From the NCBI RefSeq assembly GCF_006345805.1, contig NC_042997.1, positions 178,498,001 to 178,562,000 of the forward strand: DNA of 64,000 nt. Direction: 5' to 3'. The translations under genes were made by a program, and so were the position numbers. Of this stretch, positions 39,555-52,890 are shown piece after piece; within the stretch, counting starts at the first letter, position 1, and every line of letters starts with the position of its first letter. The notes under the pieces are model-generated. The model saw nothing but the letters and a program-made list of their open reading frames with translations. It had not been told where the DNA came from and ran no database searches. The stretch is from Octopus sinensis (Eukaryota).

Positions 39555-40376
39555 ATGTTTAAGAGTCAAACCTTTTGAGCAGAAGGCCAGGCATTAACTT
39601 GCGACACAATAGCATAAAAATACTTCACATTGGATAACGGTCTCATCTTAACCAAGTAGAACTTTGTCAGTGTGAAAAAAGAAAGAATGAATTTCTTAGA
39701 TTACTAATCTTACACATACACATATAATAGGAATTCAAGCAGGAAATTTTCCACATCTTTATTCCGAATTTCATGTTACCGCCTTTCGATCAGCTGGAAT
39801 TTTTATTTAATCGGAAATAGAAGCTTGCAAATATTGAACCTCTAAAATTTATAGTGAAATATTAGCAACGCAGTGTAAACAAGTAAAAAGAAAACAAGAT
39901 GTACAGAGAAAGAGACAGAAAAGAAGATGAAGAGAAAGGAATGGATGAAGAGTATTGAGAGATGATAGGGGAAAAGAAAGAAGTGGATCTAACGTTGTGT
40001 AACATTGGATATATAAAAGATTTACGGAGAAAGGTAGCGTTTATAAGAAGGGAATACGAAAAACAGAAAGAGTAAGGCTCACTGTATGTAGATTGAAAGT
40101 AGCAGGGAATAACGGGGAATGTATGAATTTGGTTTTATATCGAGCGAGATAGCAGCAAAGAGTGGTAAAAACCTGTTAAGCGCAAGATGGAAGGGATATA
40201 TCAATGGAAACGAGTATAAAGTGAAATAAAAAAAACAATGGTAAATAATAGAGTTTATCATAAAGTAACTGAGTGCATCGAGGGAGGAAAGATAAAGGAA
40301 GATTAGTTCTTGAATACTGAAGGAATGAAAAGAAAAGAAGTTAGATAGGCAAGTAAGTAGGTAGATAGGTAGAAGG

Positions 40377-40608
40377 GCGGCGAGCTGGCAGAATCGTTAG
40401 CACGCCGGGCGAAATGCGTAGCCGTATTTCGTCTGCCGTTACGTTCTGAGTTCAAATTCCGCCGAGGTTGACTTTGCCTTTCATCCTTTTGGGGTCGATA
40501 AATTAAGTACCAGTTACGCACTGGGGGGTCGATGTAATCGACTTAATCCGTTTGTCTGTCCTTGTTTGTCCCCTCTCTGTTTAGCCCCTTGTGGGTAGTA
40601 AAGAAATA
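40377..40608 (+). mobile_element. SINE family A with 18-bp TSD
   Basis: AGGTAGATAGGTAGAAGG at 40359-40376 and 40609-40626. Confidence 0.92.
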
Positions 40609-42025
40609 AGGTAGATAGGTAGAAGGAGTGAGAGAGGGAGAGTAGTTATTTATTTAAGTGCAAGGTCTAACGCGTAGAAAGGAGAGAGGAACATATATGA
40701 ACTCCAGTAGTTGACTGATACTTTATTCTATCGACCACGCAAGGAAGAAAAGTAAAGTTGACCCCAGCTGGAAATGAAAGCAATAACGTTAATAAATACA
40801 AGGAATTTTGTTCGATGATTCGCCGATTCACCAAATGACCATCCGTTGAAGCGATATCGATTGAAAAACACACACAAAAAAATTACTCGATGCTAAAATT
40901 AAAGAAAAAAGCTAGAATACATATTAAAAACAAAATACAATATATAATTACAAAACAAATAAGGTTAAAACGTATACAAGGTTCAAGAGACAATCTTAGA
41001 TATATTTTTCCAGTCACGAGGCAAGTGGAAGTAATTTTTTGATCATTCTTGTTAATTTGCGTGATACATTTAACCAAGAATTTGCTTCAGGTAAAGACGA
41101 AGCAAAAAGAGAGGGGTGCGAAACAGAAATAGAAAGAAAGTGATAAAATAAAAAGGGGAAAATAAAAGAAAAGAATGATGAAAAGGAAACTGCTGGTCAA
41201 TGTTTAAATGAATTAATAAAATGTAAGGAAGTGAAATACGACAGAAATATGCCCAAGAATAATTTTCCTCATTCGAGTTCTTTTACCAATATCAAGAAAA
41301 AGATAAGCAATATACAAAGAAAATTTACTAATAATTTCCATTCTGCTGCAAAATACCTTTAAACGATACTTAGCTACTTCAGAGCCTCTCTGACACAAAT
41401 TGCAGGTTACGGAGGAAAACTATAAGATACTCAGAAAATTTGGGGCACTTATAAAAGATCAAAGAATACAAGGAAATCCCAAGAATAACAACTACAAAAT
41501 TGCAGTTGAATTAGGCTGCAGAAAGGATAAGGTTGCTGATGTACTCACTTGCTCCGGTGATAGCATTTTATGGACAGTTGTTTGAAATTATCTCTTTCCC
41601 TGAATCTAATCGACTGAGGAGGTTATTAATACGATCAATGTTTTATTGGTGCATAAACATCGGAATCAAGACCTCGAATATTGTTTGGTAAACACGCAAA
41701 TTATACAAAACTGATACTATATATTAAAGTTTGTGGTAACGTCATCTTTTACTACGCGCCATATCTTATATATATATGGCAAATGAAAGACGGAGGATGC
41801 AATATAAGAGAATTTATTAATCACGACAATTGTTTCGATACATCTAGCATAGATTCCTCACGGGTGGGACACTAAAAAACTGGTTCAGGAGCATCCAGTG
41901 GCGCCGATGTATCTCATCGGGTGATAAATAGACACAACTCGTTAAAATAAAAGTTCTTCAATGTAACTTCTCGGTTTGTAGAAAGAAAAGCAGCGAGACA
42001 GAGGAAATATCTTCATTTATATAGA

Positions 42026-42421
42026 AGAGGAGTGGCTGTGTAGTAAGTAGCTTGCTTACCAACCACACGGTTCCGGGTTCAATCCCACTGTGTGGAACCT
42101 TGGGCAAGTGTCTTTTACTATAGCCTCGGGCCGACCAAAGCTTTGTGAGTGGATTTAGTAGACAGAAACTGAAAGAAGCCTGTCGTACATATGTATATGT
42201 ATGTATATATATGTGTGTGTGTTTGTGTGTGTTTGTCCCCCCAACATCGCTTGACAACCGATGCTGGTGTGTTTATGTCCCCGTAACTTTGCGGTTCGGC
42301 AAAAGTGACCGATAGAATAAGTACTAGGCTTACAAAGAATAAGTCCTGGGGTCGATTTGCTCGCCTAAAGGCGGTATTCCAGCATGGCCGCAGTCAAATG
42401 ACTGAAACAAGTAAAAGAGAG

Positions 42422-42470
<49 letters not shown>
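42026..42470 (+). mobile_element. SINE family B with (GA)n-extended tail
   Basis: Matches family B. Confidence 0.9.
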
Positions 42471-42472
<2 letters not shown>

Positions 42473-42729
42473 AGAGTAATAAAATAAATCACAGATAGGA
42501 AAAAAAGAAACGAACACACAATACAGCGAGAAAAAATGTTAAACCTAGCAGTAATACCCATCATTGATCGAGTATTTACTTTTACTCTTTCTTAGGCCCT
42601 ACATTCAAAGTGTTATTATATATATAGATTTACTCCGCCTATATGTGTGTATTTTATAAGAAAGAACATGTAATAATCGAAGTGTTATTCTATATATCAA
42701 TACAGTAATAGCAATTATATAATACATAA

Positions 42730-42843
42730 AGCTTTGGTTGGTACGGAGCTGTAATGAAAGAGAATTGCCTAACGTGCCACACAGTGAGACTGAACCCAAG
42801 GCGACATGGTTGGAAAGCAAGCTTCTCAACCACACTGCCATGC
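42730..42843 (-). mobile_element. Degenerate SINE family B head
   Basis: Minus strand GGCATGGCAGTGTGGTTGAGAAG..GGGTTCAGTCTCACTGTGTGGCAC. Confidence 0.7.
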
Positions 42844-42980
42844 CTGTAAAGGGGAGACACATTTTAGATAATATACTCCTTGATACAATATGCTTAACAA
42901 AAAGATGGGATGTTTGCGGCGAGAAGACCTTTGATCTTAATATTTACTCGAGCAACGCAACAACTAACAACGCTACACCA

Positions 42981-43463
42981 TACAGGGTGTGACAGAATTA
43001 ATTATATGTTTCAATGAAATTGAGCAAATAAAAAAAAAAAATGACAGAATTTTAAGTTTATTACCAAAACAAATAGATTTATAAATCTTCCGTCAAACTT
43101 TTATTGAAAATTTTCAACATGTCTGCATACTTCTACTTTCTCTTTAGCGTTGTGAAACACATTTTGACGCATTTCTGGAGTTAGCTTCTGCACTGCTAAC
43201 TGAATGTGTTCTTTAAGCTCAGCTAAACGATTGCTCCATTTAGGGCTGGAGGTAAATAAAATGAATGCTAACAAATTGAAAAAAAGAAAGCTGTCATGCA
43301 CAAATAAGAAGGGTCCAACAGGAGTGAAAATAAAATTATAAACAAAATTCAAAATTTATACACTTTTAACATATATTAAATACTATAAACATAAATAAAA
43401 GACAGTTTTTAAAAAATGCATCCGATTTCACTCAAATCATCATTAATTCAGGGACACTCTGTA
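42981..43463 (-). mobile_element. Internally deleted Tc1/mariner-superfamily element
   Basis: Imperfect TIRs TACAGGGTGTGACAGAATTAAT / ATTAATTCAGGGACACTCTGTA; LAELKEHIQLAVQKLTPEMRQNVF transposase-like C-terminus. Confidence 0.7.
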
Positions 43464-44470
43464 TTTACTCATCCGACTAAACGGGGGAGGGAACACAAGG
43501 GGTGGGAACTAAATGCTGGTGGCGAGCGTAGCTTTCGGAAGAGGTCACGCGGTCAAACTCAAATGGTTGTGAGTCACACAGCAGTCTGATTTTTTAATGA
43601 ACATTTTGCATTATATAGTTCAGAGATGGATGACATTGAAAGCAAACATCTTGCCGGACCATGCTGCGTTGCGCAGGATTGGAAACGTGAAACATCAACA
43701 GGACACTTCTGGAGAATGGATGAATGGGTTTGTTGTATCTTTACCCAGCCTTACACGCACGCACATGGCCCGATGATGCCTGGGATGATAACAAGAAGTA
43801 TCAACAGGGCGCCGACAAAAGTTTTAATGTTTTTCTCATTTCCTCTGCTAAACTGGACAAAAAGGTTTTCATGAAATATTATACGCTACTTATAATGCAT
43901 AAGTAGAGTCAATATTTTATCGTCGGAAAATGGCCTAAAACAAAGATAAAACCTAGTGCAGTATACTCAATCCGATTAATCTGCATTTTCGGGTGGGTGG
44001 GGGCTTCATAGTCGGTGTCAGAAAAGTTTTCTAGTCAACAGTAATTTGAGGGGCCGGATTAATGTTTGTTGCAAATTTGGCGGAAAGCGACTGGATACTC
44101 AAGTCACGGGCCTTAACGCTGCGAAAATGCTTTAAAAGTGCTGTTTATCTGCCCATTTGAAAGAAGTTGAAAATATTTTTTGGCTTATGACACTCCAAGA
44201 AATGCATACGTAAAACTTCATTAAAATCTGTTGGGTGGATCTTGAGTTTTAATGACATGACAAACGCACAGAAAGACACATCCTGTGTTATATATATATA
44301 GATGACGTTTCACTCATTCACATTAATTGCTAGTTCTTCAACAACAGCCTATCTAGATGTTGAGATTTATAACACATGTAATACTTACATACATGCATGC
44401 ATACATACATACATACATACATACATACATACATACATACATACATACATACATACATACATACATACAT

Positions 44471-44645
44471 GGGGAGAATTCAAAAATAAAATAAACAAAA
44501 GACGAAGACAGGTACTGTAGACAACAAACGGATGTATTAGTATAACGCTCGGAAAGTGAAAAAGTCTTTAACGTTTAGGGCCTACGCTCTTCCACAGAAT
44601 GAAACAAGGAAAGAAAATAAAGAATGTGTAGTGTCTAGCGATGTA
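44471..44645 (-). mobile_element. ~190-bp hammerhead-like element, degenerate copy
   Basis: Homologous to 28165-28352; CTGTGGA core, GAAAC mutated to TAAAC; follows (TACA)n. Confidence 0.65.
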
Positions 44646-45436
44646 TATTTTAAGGTATGTTGTATAAAGCCGAAACAATAGTTGGAAAAACACATGTGAG
44701 CAACAAACCTTTTTCCAAGAATGTCCTGAAAAAGAGGTCTTCACTCCGAAATATAGAAACACAAGGTAACTGCAACTTTGTTCTGTTTTCTTTTCATTTT
44801 GTTGTTTATTTTGTACCTTTTCGCATTGTTCCGGTTTTACACAACATTCTTTAAAGTTATACCTCACAATGCTTCGCAAAAACTACCTCATATATATATA
44901 TATAGAAAATAGTAAAAAGTGAAAAAACTACAGAAGGCTTGTTTTAAAAGGTTAAAAAATATATATTTGAGTCATTATGTCAGAAGAATGTTATAAAATT
45001 TTTTTCATACAGTGACATAGTTTTTGAAGAAATACCGGTTTCGTGTTAACTTTTCAAATTTCTCAAAACTTTGTGTTATGATTTCGTTATGAAGTGTAAA
45101 TATACACATATAAATATACATATATATAAATATACATATGTATAAATTCTCTACTTGGAATGACCAAGTTTAAAAACTGCTGGATCTCACTCATAAGGCA
45201 TTGGAATCGTACATTGTGTATAAACTCTATATTTGGAAGGACACACTTTAAACTCTGTTGGACTTTTGGACTTTACTCATAAGGAATTGGAATCTTACAT
45301 ATATACCATTCTGCCTAAAAAATGGATCTACAACTTCAATATCCCAACATATCTTGCATCTATTTTCTTTCATCCACCTCACTCTCTATTTTGTATCACA
45401 TCTAAACAAACTATGACTTAACCATCCTCTCACACC

Positions 45437-45488
45437 GTCTCCGATGATGGGATAAAATTAATAAATATCCTGGAAACAGCTGTAAGAT
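45437..45488 (+). ncRNA. Minimal type I hammerhead ribozyme, CCGAUGA core variant
   Basis: GTCT-CCGATGA-TGGGATA/TATCCTG-GAAAC-AGCT-GTA-AGAT; ACAGCTGT palindromic stem III. Confidence 0.7.
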
Positions 45489-45554
45489 CTTCTATATATA
45501 AATGTTCTAATATCTACACAGCCTTGTTTTTTTTTATCTCATTACACAAAAAAT

Positions 45555-45603
45555 TCTTCAGTTATCCGGCCATCGGAAAAAATACTGGCCGGATAACTGA
45601 AGA
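45555..45603. repeat. Perfect 18-bp hairpin overlapping the downstream hammerhead core
   Basis: TCTTCAGTTATCCGGCCA / TGGCCGGATAACTGAAGA, 13-nt loop. Confidence 0.95.
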
Positions 45604-45652
45604 GATGGCGGCGTGGTTTTCCGCCCCGACATCCGAAACTCGGAGTCTTATC
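45592..45652 (+). ncRNA. Type I hammerhead ribozyme, canonical core and GUC triplet
   Basis: GATAA-CTGAAGA-GATG/CATC plus GCGG/CCGC stem II-GAAAC-TCGGA-GTC-TTATC. Confidence 0.8.
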
Positions 45653-45746
45653 ATGGCTACCGAATAATTGACACATATTGCATTTACAGATAAATTCCTC
45701 TATTTACATAATATCGAAGTCGCTTTCATTCTTTTGTTGTCTCTAT

Positions 45747-45900
<154 letters not shown>

Positions 45901-46540
45901 TACGTATATATGCAAATATACACGAGTAAGTGAACAATCATAAGAAAGTAATACTCCACGCATTCCGTTACAGTTGTACGGACTTAAAGACAGGTTGATT
46001 CAGCTCTGCATAAGCTCGGCATTACTTAAATTGTTATTATTCTGGACAGGTTTTATATAAGCTTTTACATTTGAATGTTAATGTCTGCTTTCCATCTATT
46101 CCATATTTGAACAGTTCTTTTGTCAATATCATATTTTAGATATGTTATTGTTCAATATTTAGTGTTAATAAAGAATAAGAAAGGTTATACTGCCGATGAC
46201 GACAGCTAAGAAACAAGAATTGTCAGAGATGTCTCACTTGGTTGATTTGCCAGAGAATAATTTTAGCTAACACATAATATTTTTCCTAATCACCGTATAT
46301 ATAACTCCACTGTGCTTATATCTGGCGTTGGAAATATTGGAAATTATCAAACATCGCTTTTATTAAATATATATACGGTCAGCGAACCTTTATTATTGAT
46401 TTATATATCGTTCAATAGGAAGTTGAGAGCGGTACTAATGCAATTTTAATAAAACCGAGTTTTATTAAAATTGCATTGATACGGATCCAAAATTTCTGCT
46501 CAATATCATATATATGCAATGCTCACAGATCAATTCAAAT

Positions 46541-46571
<31 letters not shown>

Positions 46572-46826
46572 GTGTGTGCATGTGCGCGTGCGTGTATGTG
46601 TGTATACATACACTCACATGCATTATATATATATATTTATATAAATACCCATTCTCATACTTATATGCATACGTATATTCATATGTATGTGTGTTTGTAT
46701 GTATGTATCTATCTATCTGCTTATCTCTGTCTCTTTCTCTCTCTCTTTTTATATATATACATATATACATATGCGTGTATAGATATATATACGTATACAT
46801 ATATATATGTATGTATATACATAAAC

Positions 46827-46871
<45 letters not shown>

Positions 46872-46979
46872 AGAGAGAGAGAGAGATACATATATATACA
46901 TATATATATAAGTATATATGTATATATATATTCATATATTATATATGCATGTATACATATATACATATATATGTATTTT

Positions 46980-47019
<40 letters not shown>

Positions 47020-47029
47020 ATATCTTATA

Positions 47030-47069
<40 letters not shown>

Positions 47070-47099
47070 CTATGTATCTGTCCACCTTCTCCAATTATT

Positions 47100-47435
47100 T
47101 GTGGGAGTGTTGTGGTCGGTAGAGGATCGTGATTGGTAGACTCTGCTTGACAGGGTCGTACTAGAAGCATCCATCATTAGACTTTCCGGCTGGGTTCTCA
47201 AGCGTGACCAGCTGCGACTATGGTTATTAACCAGCCTTCTTGTTTTCAAACTAGCCCTTGGTATCCTTCCAGCTGATTGTTCGATTTGAAGAATCTGTTT
47301 TGCGATTCGTTCCTATGGTATTCTAATCACGCGTTCGTAGTAGCCATTCGACATAGAAAAACTCCCTGATTTCCGAGATGTGCACCCTGTGGAGAAATGT
47401 TACTCCAAAGATCCTTCGGAGGAACCTCATTTCCA
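47100..47435 (-). mobile_element. RTE-like LINE fragment
   Basis: MEMRFLRRIFGVTFLHRVHISEIRE motif. Confidence 0.65.
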
Positions 47436-47603
47436 TGTATGTATGTATGTATGTATGTATGTATGTATGTATGTATGTATGTATGTATGTATGTTTGTAT
47501 GCATGCATGTATGTATGTATGTATATTTGTATGTATGTATGTATGTATGTATGTATGTATGTATGTATGTATGTATGTATGTATGTATGTATGTATGTAT
47601 GTG
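47436..47603. repeat. (TGTA)n array
   Basis: Direct reading. Confidence 0.95.
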
Positions 47604-48056
47604 TGATGATGTTGGCTGACCATCACCGAACAACAATGACGGATGAGTCCTGAAGCTCCCGTCAACGAATTTTGAGCGAGGAATTGCGAATGAAAAGAGC
47701 TGCAGCAAAATTTGTGCCTCGCTTGTTCACGGAAGATCAAAAGCAGTCACGACTGAATACATGTCGTGAACTGAAAGAACAGCTGGAAATTGATCCAGAC
47801 CTTTTTTCGGAGGTCATCACTGGTGACGAAAGATGGTGCTACAGAATTTGCATATGCGGAAGAGGTGAAGAAAAAGCCAACGGAGTCGTTAAAAGGCATC
47901 ACTTCGCAAGAGTTCCCGGACTACTTCAAGCCGTGGAAAACGCGCTTGGATCGATGCATTGCTTCAAATGGAGAATACTTTGAAGTGGAAACATGTAAAA
48001 CTAAGTGAGTAAAATTATATTGCAAAATTTCTGTTTCTTTTGGGTACCTCCTCGTA
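47604..48056 (+). mobile_element. Deleted mariner remnant with right TIR
   Basis: AAKFVPRLFTEDQK..VITGDERWCY; WKTRLDRCIASNGEYFE; ends GGGTACCTCCTCG|TA. Confidence 0.85.
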
Positions 48057-48289
48057 TATATATACATAGAAACAAAACGCCCCCCGAGTCCAATGGATGG
48101 TGCTGAATCATTTCTGTTGAATAAAAAGCAATCAGTGTTTTCTTTTCATTAAAAAAAATAATGAAGCATGCCTTTATTTCAATAAATTCTTTAGTTTTGT
48201 TAAACGAAGTTAAGGCCAAACAAAAAAAAAATCTTCTTGAGAAATCAAATAGTCTTCCCTTCCTCCATGCCAAGTTTGAAGAAAATATC

Positions 48290-48690
48290 TCTTTTGCATC
48301 TTACTTTTTGGTCTCTTAAATATACTGCATTTTGAGGCATTATTTCAAGGCAGCCGGATTTTTTTGCTCAAACAGCACGTGCATTTTTCTCGAGTACGCG
48401 TAGTATCGATCGCAACAGCTGATGTAGCTGAGCGTACAAATGCACGTTCTCACGGCTTTATCGATCGCATTTTCAGCTGGAATAGATTTTTGTAATTTTT
48501 TCAAGACTTATACAGGCCCTGATACCGTCGGTATCTACTTATCAAATTTAAGCGCAATCGGATGGAGGATGCCCGAGATTCTAGAAGACACACAGACAGA
48601 CAGACAGACACATGCACACACACACACACACACGCACACACACACACACACACACATACACACACATACACACACATACACACACCCAAA
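48290..48690 (+). mobile_element. Possible non-autonomous Helitron-like element with (GACA)n/(CA)n
   Basis: AAATTTAAGCGCAATCGG motif followed by GACA repeats; resemblance only. Confidence 0.3.
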
Positions 48691-48828
48691 GTGATGGGTA
48701 TAAGGCATCGAAAACCACGGTAATTAAGACCTTACTTGCTAAAGTCCCACGAGTTATCACATTGCAGTAAATCAACCTCTCTCTTTGTCACTCTCATATA
48801 TATGTATACATGTATATATGTATATATG

Positions 48829-48859
<31 letters not shown>

Positions 48860-49237
48860 TATATTATATATATAATATATATATATTATATATATTATAT
48901 ATGCTTGTATGTATGTATATTTGATTTTGATTTTCTCATTCTAATTTGTATTTAAACCAACAATAGTTTATGACGAGCAAAGCCGGTAGTATTCCCGCTA
49001 ATGCGAGATAAAATTGCTTTGAATTAATTTAATTTAAATTAATTTATACTTATTAATTATGTATCTTAATTACGTAATCATAGATTTAATGATGTATAAA
49101 TGTAATGACACAGCTGTTAAAAATAATTAAATTCAAATTATGATCTCCCTCTGAAATTTATAAAAGACTTTCATGCTTCATGTTGTATATATGTATGTGT
49201 ATGTATATACTGTTTATATATGCACACACATACATAT

Positions 49238-49276
<39 letters not shown>

Positions 49277-49463
49277 TATGTATATATGAATACATACACA
49301 CACGCACACACGCAGTAATAATTTTGTATTCAGGTAGGCATCTTGTAGCATCTGTTTAAAGCCCGTCCACAGTATTTGGTTACCTGATGTCAACAACAGT
49401 ATGGAAGTATATGCCACTGGATTTACTCGAGGAATTTCTTTTTGTCCGTACGAGACTATTCAA

Positions 49464-49566
49464 AACCACTACAATCGTTTCGGCTCATCCTGTAACCGTA
49501 CCTTACATGTGAGATGCTATATAATCTTCACGCGTTATATGAGAATATGCATATCTTCAGATGATT
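49464..49566 (-). ncRNA. Degenerate hammerhead-like motif
   Basis: AATCAT-CTGAAGA...GAAAC-GATT-GTA-GTGGTT; 6-bp stem I, stem II poorly formed. Confidence 0.4.
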
Positions 49567-50496
49567 TTTCAAATATATATATCTAGTTCTTCACGAACTG
49601 TTTCGCTTATTCTTATAACATCCTTAGTTAGTGTAGCATTCCACCTGTCTCCATAACGAACTGAAATAGAATTTATCTATTAGTCTATCTCAGTTCATTT
49701 TGAAGATAGATGGAATGTTACATTTATATTTTGATCTTTTACCATCATGTCTCTCTTTAAGCCTTTAAATCTTTAAAGTTTTCATAACTTTTCTATCTCC
49801 ATACACATCTCATCCGCACATGATAATATACAAGTACACACACCCGCGTACACGTCTGTTAGATTCTACAAACACACAACATATACGCGCCTGCGCAGTA
49901 ATACGCACTCATATAATCTCAGGTTTATGTTACTGCTACTATTTCCCACTTCCCTCGCCGTCCCTAGATTCTAAAATTAAATTACTTCTATCAACTTGAC
50001 GGGCAAAATTAAGTCTACTATTTTGACTGATAATACATTATCTTCCACCCCACTTATCTCACCTCACCCTATTTATTTCAATTACCACTCATATATCTTC
50101 ATCCTTTAACTCTGTTTAAATGGCTTGATAGAATTCTACATTGTGTTTACTTATCTATTCTACAACAGACCCGCGAATGACCCCGGCCTAAATTCATAAA
50201 TATATCTCCCCAGCTAATTTCAATACCAAACCTTCTCTCCTCACTCTCCCCATTTTACTCATATTCTTCTCGGTAACAAACATACCAATTCCCATAATCA
50301 TGTCTGTTATTTTAATAATTACTGGTATCCTTATATATTACTATATTTTATATCTTACATCTTATATGTAAAGCTTAATATTTATATGTATGTATATTAT
50401 TGTAATTATCAGTTTAGTAAATAAATAAATAAGTTATCATAATATAATGTCTCTAAAGTTGATGAACCATCTATTGATCCCCCCATTTTCTTATTG

Positions 50497-50532
<36 letters not shown>

Positions 50533-51584
50533 ATATATAATTATATATATTCTTTTGCTTTCCTTCTTCACAAATATGGTTTTTCCCTCGAACTGTACTT
50601 TTTACGCATTTTGATGCAAGCCTCAACGAGTTAACACGCGATCTCCTAGCGAAAATGTAAACGACATATGATCAAGATATCCTTGGCCTAAAGAGTTGCT
50701 TGTGGTCTACCCCTCGTTTGGATAATTTACTACTTCCGAGGTTCCGCTAGCCATACATGACGGGCTTCCACACAACTTCCGTCAGTGAGGCATTAGTCGG
50801 TCCGAGGTTATAGTAGATGGAACTGAACCCGAAACCACGGAGTCGCAAAGCGAGCTAAGGAAAGATAAAAAATATCTATCCACCAAATTCGGTGCTGAAC
50901 ACTCGTATTTACTGTTCGATATTATCGTGTATATATATATATTTCGATGCAATATTTATATATATATATATATATATTTCAATGCAATATTTATTATAAA
51001 TGTTACGCACACATACACGTACTCAGACCACTCAACCACTCTCCAGATAATGGGAAAATAGTAAAATAATAAAATTATTCTCAGGAAGAAAAGACGGAGA
51101 CTCCTATACAACAGAAAATAATTTACAAATGATTTATTGAGTCCATAATTCCAAACTGAAGTGATTTTCGCAGTTTATGTTATTTTATACTTCACAAATT
51201 TGTTATAATCTTTCACGCTTTTCGACTATGCTGTGTTTATTTTGTCATCTTTTTCCTATTTGAACTGTTGTTAATTTGTCTTTTGTTAATGCTGTATTTT
51301 CGATTCTTTAGTAGCGATATTTTGTAAAGAAGTAGAGGTAATGATGCTTAGGTTTGCAAACGCGTTATTTCATACTCGGGCTATAATGTAGTGTGACTTT
51401 TGACAAAAGCAATTAGGAACAGCGGTGGTATTGTTATTGAATGGTATGTTAATAGAAACCAAGGCAATATTGTTACAGAAATGTGTTTTCAGGCAATAAA
51501 AGAAATAGTAACTGTGTAGATGATTCAGTGTTTTTTTTCCTCTGCCTTGCTTTCTCTCCCTCTTAACACACACTTATACACACT

Positions 51585-51619
<35 letters not shown>

Positions 51620-51621
<2 letters not shown>

Positions 51622-51633
51622 AGGGGAATTTTA

Positions 51634-51699
<66 letters not shown>

Positions 51700-51739
51700 A
51701 CTATCTATCTATCTATATATATATATAAATTTCCCCTCC
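51620..51739. repeat. 17-bp inverted repeat enclosing (CTAT)n, embedded in (TA)n
   Basis: GGAGGGGAATTTTATAT / ATATAAATTTCCCCTCC. Confidence 0.8.
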
Positions 51740-51758
51740 TTATATATATAATAATTAT

Positions 51759-51797
<39 letters not shown>

Positions 51798-52029
51798 TAT
51801 ATAATATATATATATATATTATATATATATTATATATACATATATATATAACACTAGCACTGACCACTTCCAAGCACCCACACCATCATCCACACAGACA
51901 CACATTACAGATTTACACTCTCTCACATACACACGCATGTGCACCTTCGTTTAGGGATCATCAATACTTTATTATCTCCCCTTCTTCCTCGCTCTCCTGT
52001 CTAACCACCTCTGTCCAGTCAGCCAACCA

Positions 52030-52212
52030 GCCGCCATGATTGACCGCTAGTCACTAAAACTTTTTTTTTATTTTCTCTTTGTTTATTTTCTCGTGTTCCT
52101 TTCTGTTGAAGAATGTAGGTTCGAAACGTAAAATACTTTCTCACCTTCCCGAGCATTAAACCAATACACCTGCCTTCGTATTTTGTTTTTTTTGTTGTAA
52201 ATTCCAACTATA
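52030..52212 (+). mobile_element. ~190-bp hammerhead-like element (opposite orientation)
   Basis: TTT-CTGTTGA-A-GAAT-GTAG-GTTC-GAAACGTA-AAA at 52100-52133. Confidence 0.7.
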
Positions 52213-52604
52213 GATCAGCTGGAACTTATTTTCTCGATTCCGAAAGGATGAAAGGCAAAGTCGACCTCGGTGGAATTGAAGGATCACTTAATACTTGTTA
52301 GCGGCGTACATATCTTTCACTTTTTATAAAGAAACTGTTGACAGTAACTTCAAAGTTTGGGGTTACTAGTCATCAAACTGGTTTTAACTTCAGATGTTAC
52401 CGCAGCAGGTTTACATAAAATTATTAAGGAACACATAATGGGTTAGAAAACATTATTTACTGAGAGAGAAAAGAGGGACACATCTCCGGACGGTTTCTGT
52501 ATTCTTGAAAATATTTAACCAATCATCGTTTTTGATCTTTTTTGATAATCGCTTAAGCTAAAATTTTAGTAACGATCAACCCCACCATCATATATGTAGT
52601 CAGC

Positions 52605-52890
52605 GACTCATGATTTCTGGAGACAAGATTTTGGAAAGCAGCAGGAGGGCACCTAGGAGTCAAGATCTGGGTGGGCCCAGCTCCTCGTTGAGTATCAGGT
52701 ATAAGTGCCTAAACACTTATCGGACGGTAGTTCCTCCTATGAAGATCTCTCTTGCTGTGCATTCGCCTTTTGGCGAGATTCTGTTACATGTATGTATGTA
52801 TGTATGTATGTATGTATGTATGTATGTATGTATGTGTATGTATGTATGTATGTATGTATGTATGTATGTATGTATGTATGTATGTATGTT
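52605..52890 (+). mobile_element. Retroposon 3' end with stem-loop and (TGTA)n tail, 10-bp TSD
   Basis: TCGCC-TTTT-GGCGA hairpin then TGTA repeats; TGTAGTCAGC at 52595 and 52891. Confidence 0.7.

Noticed and set aside
46190-46230. CCGATGA...GAAAC...GTC hammerhead-like string
   Set aside because: No stem I or stem II pairing
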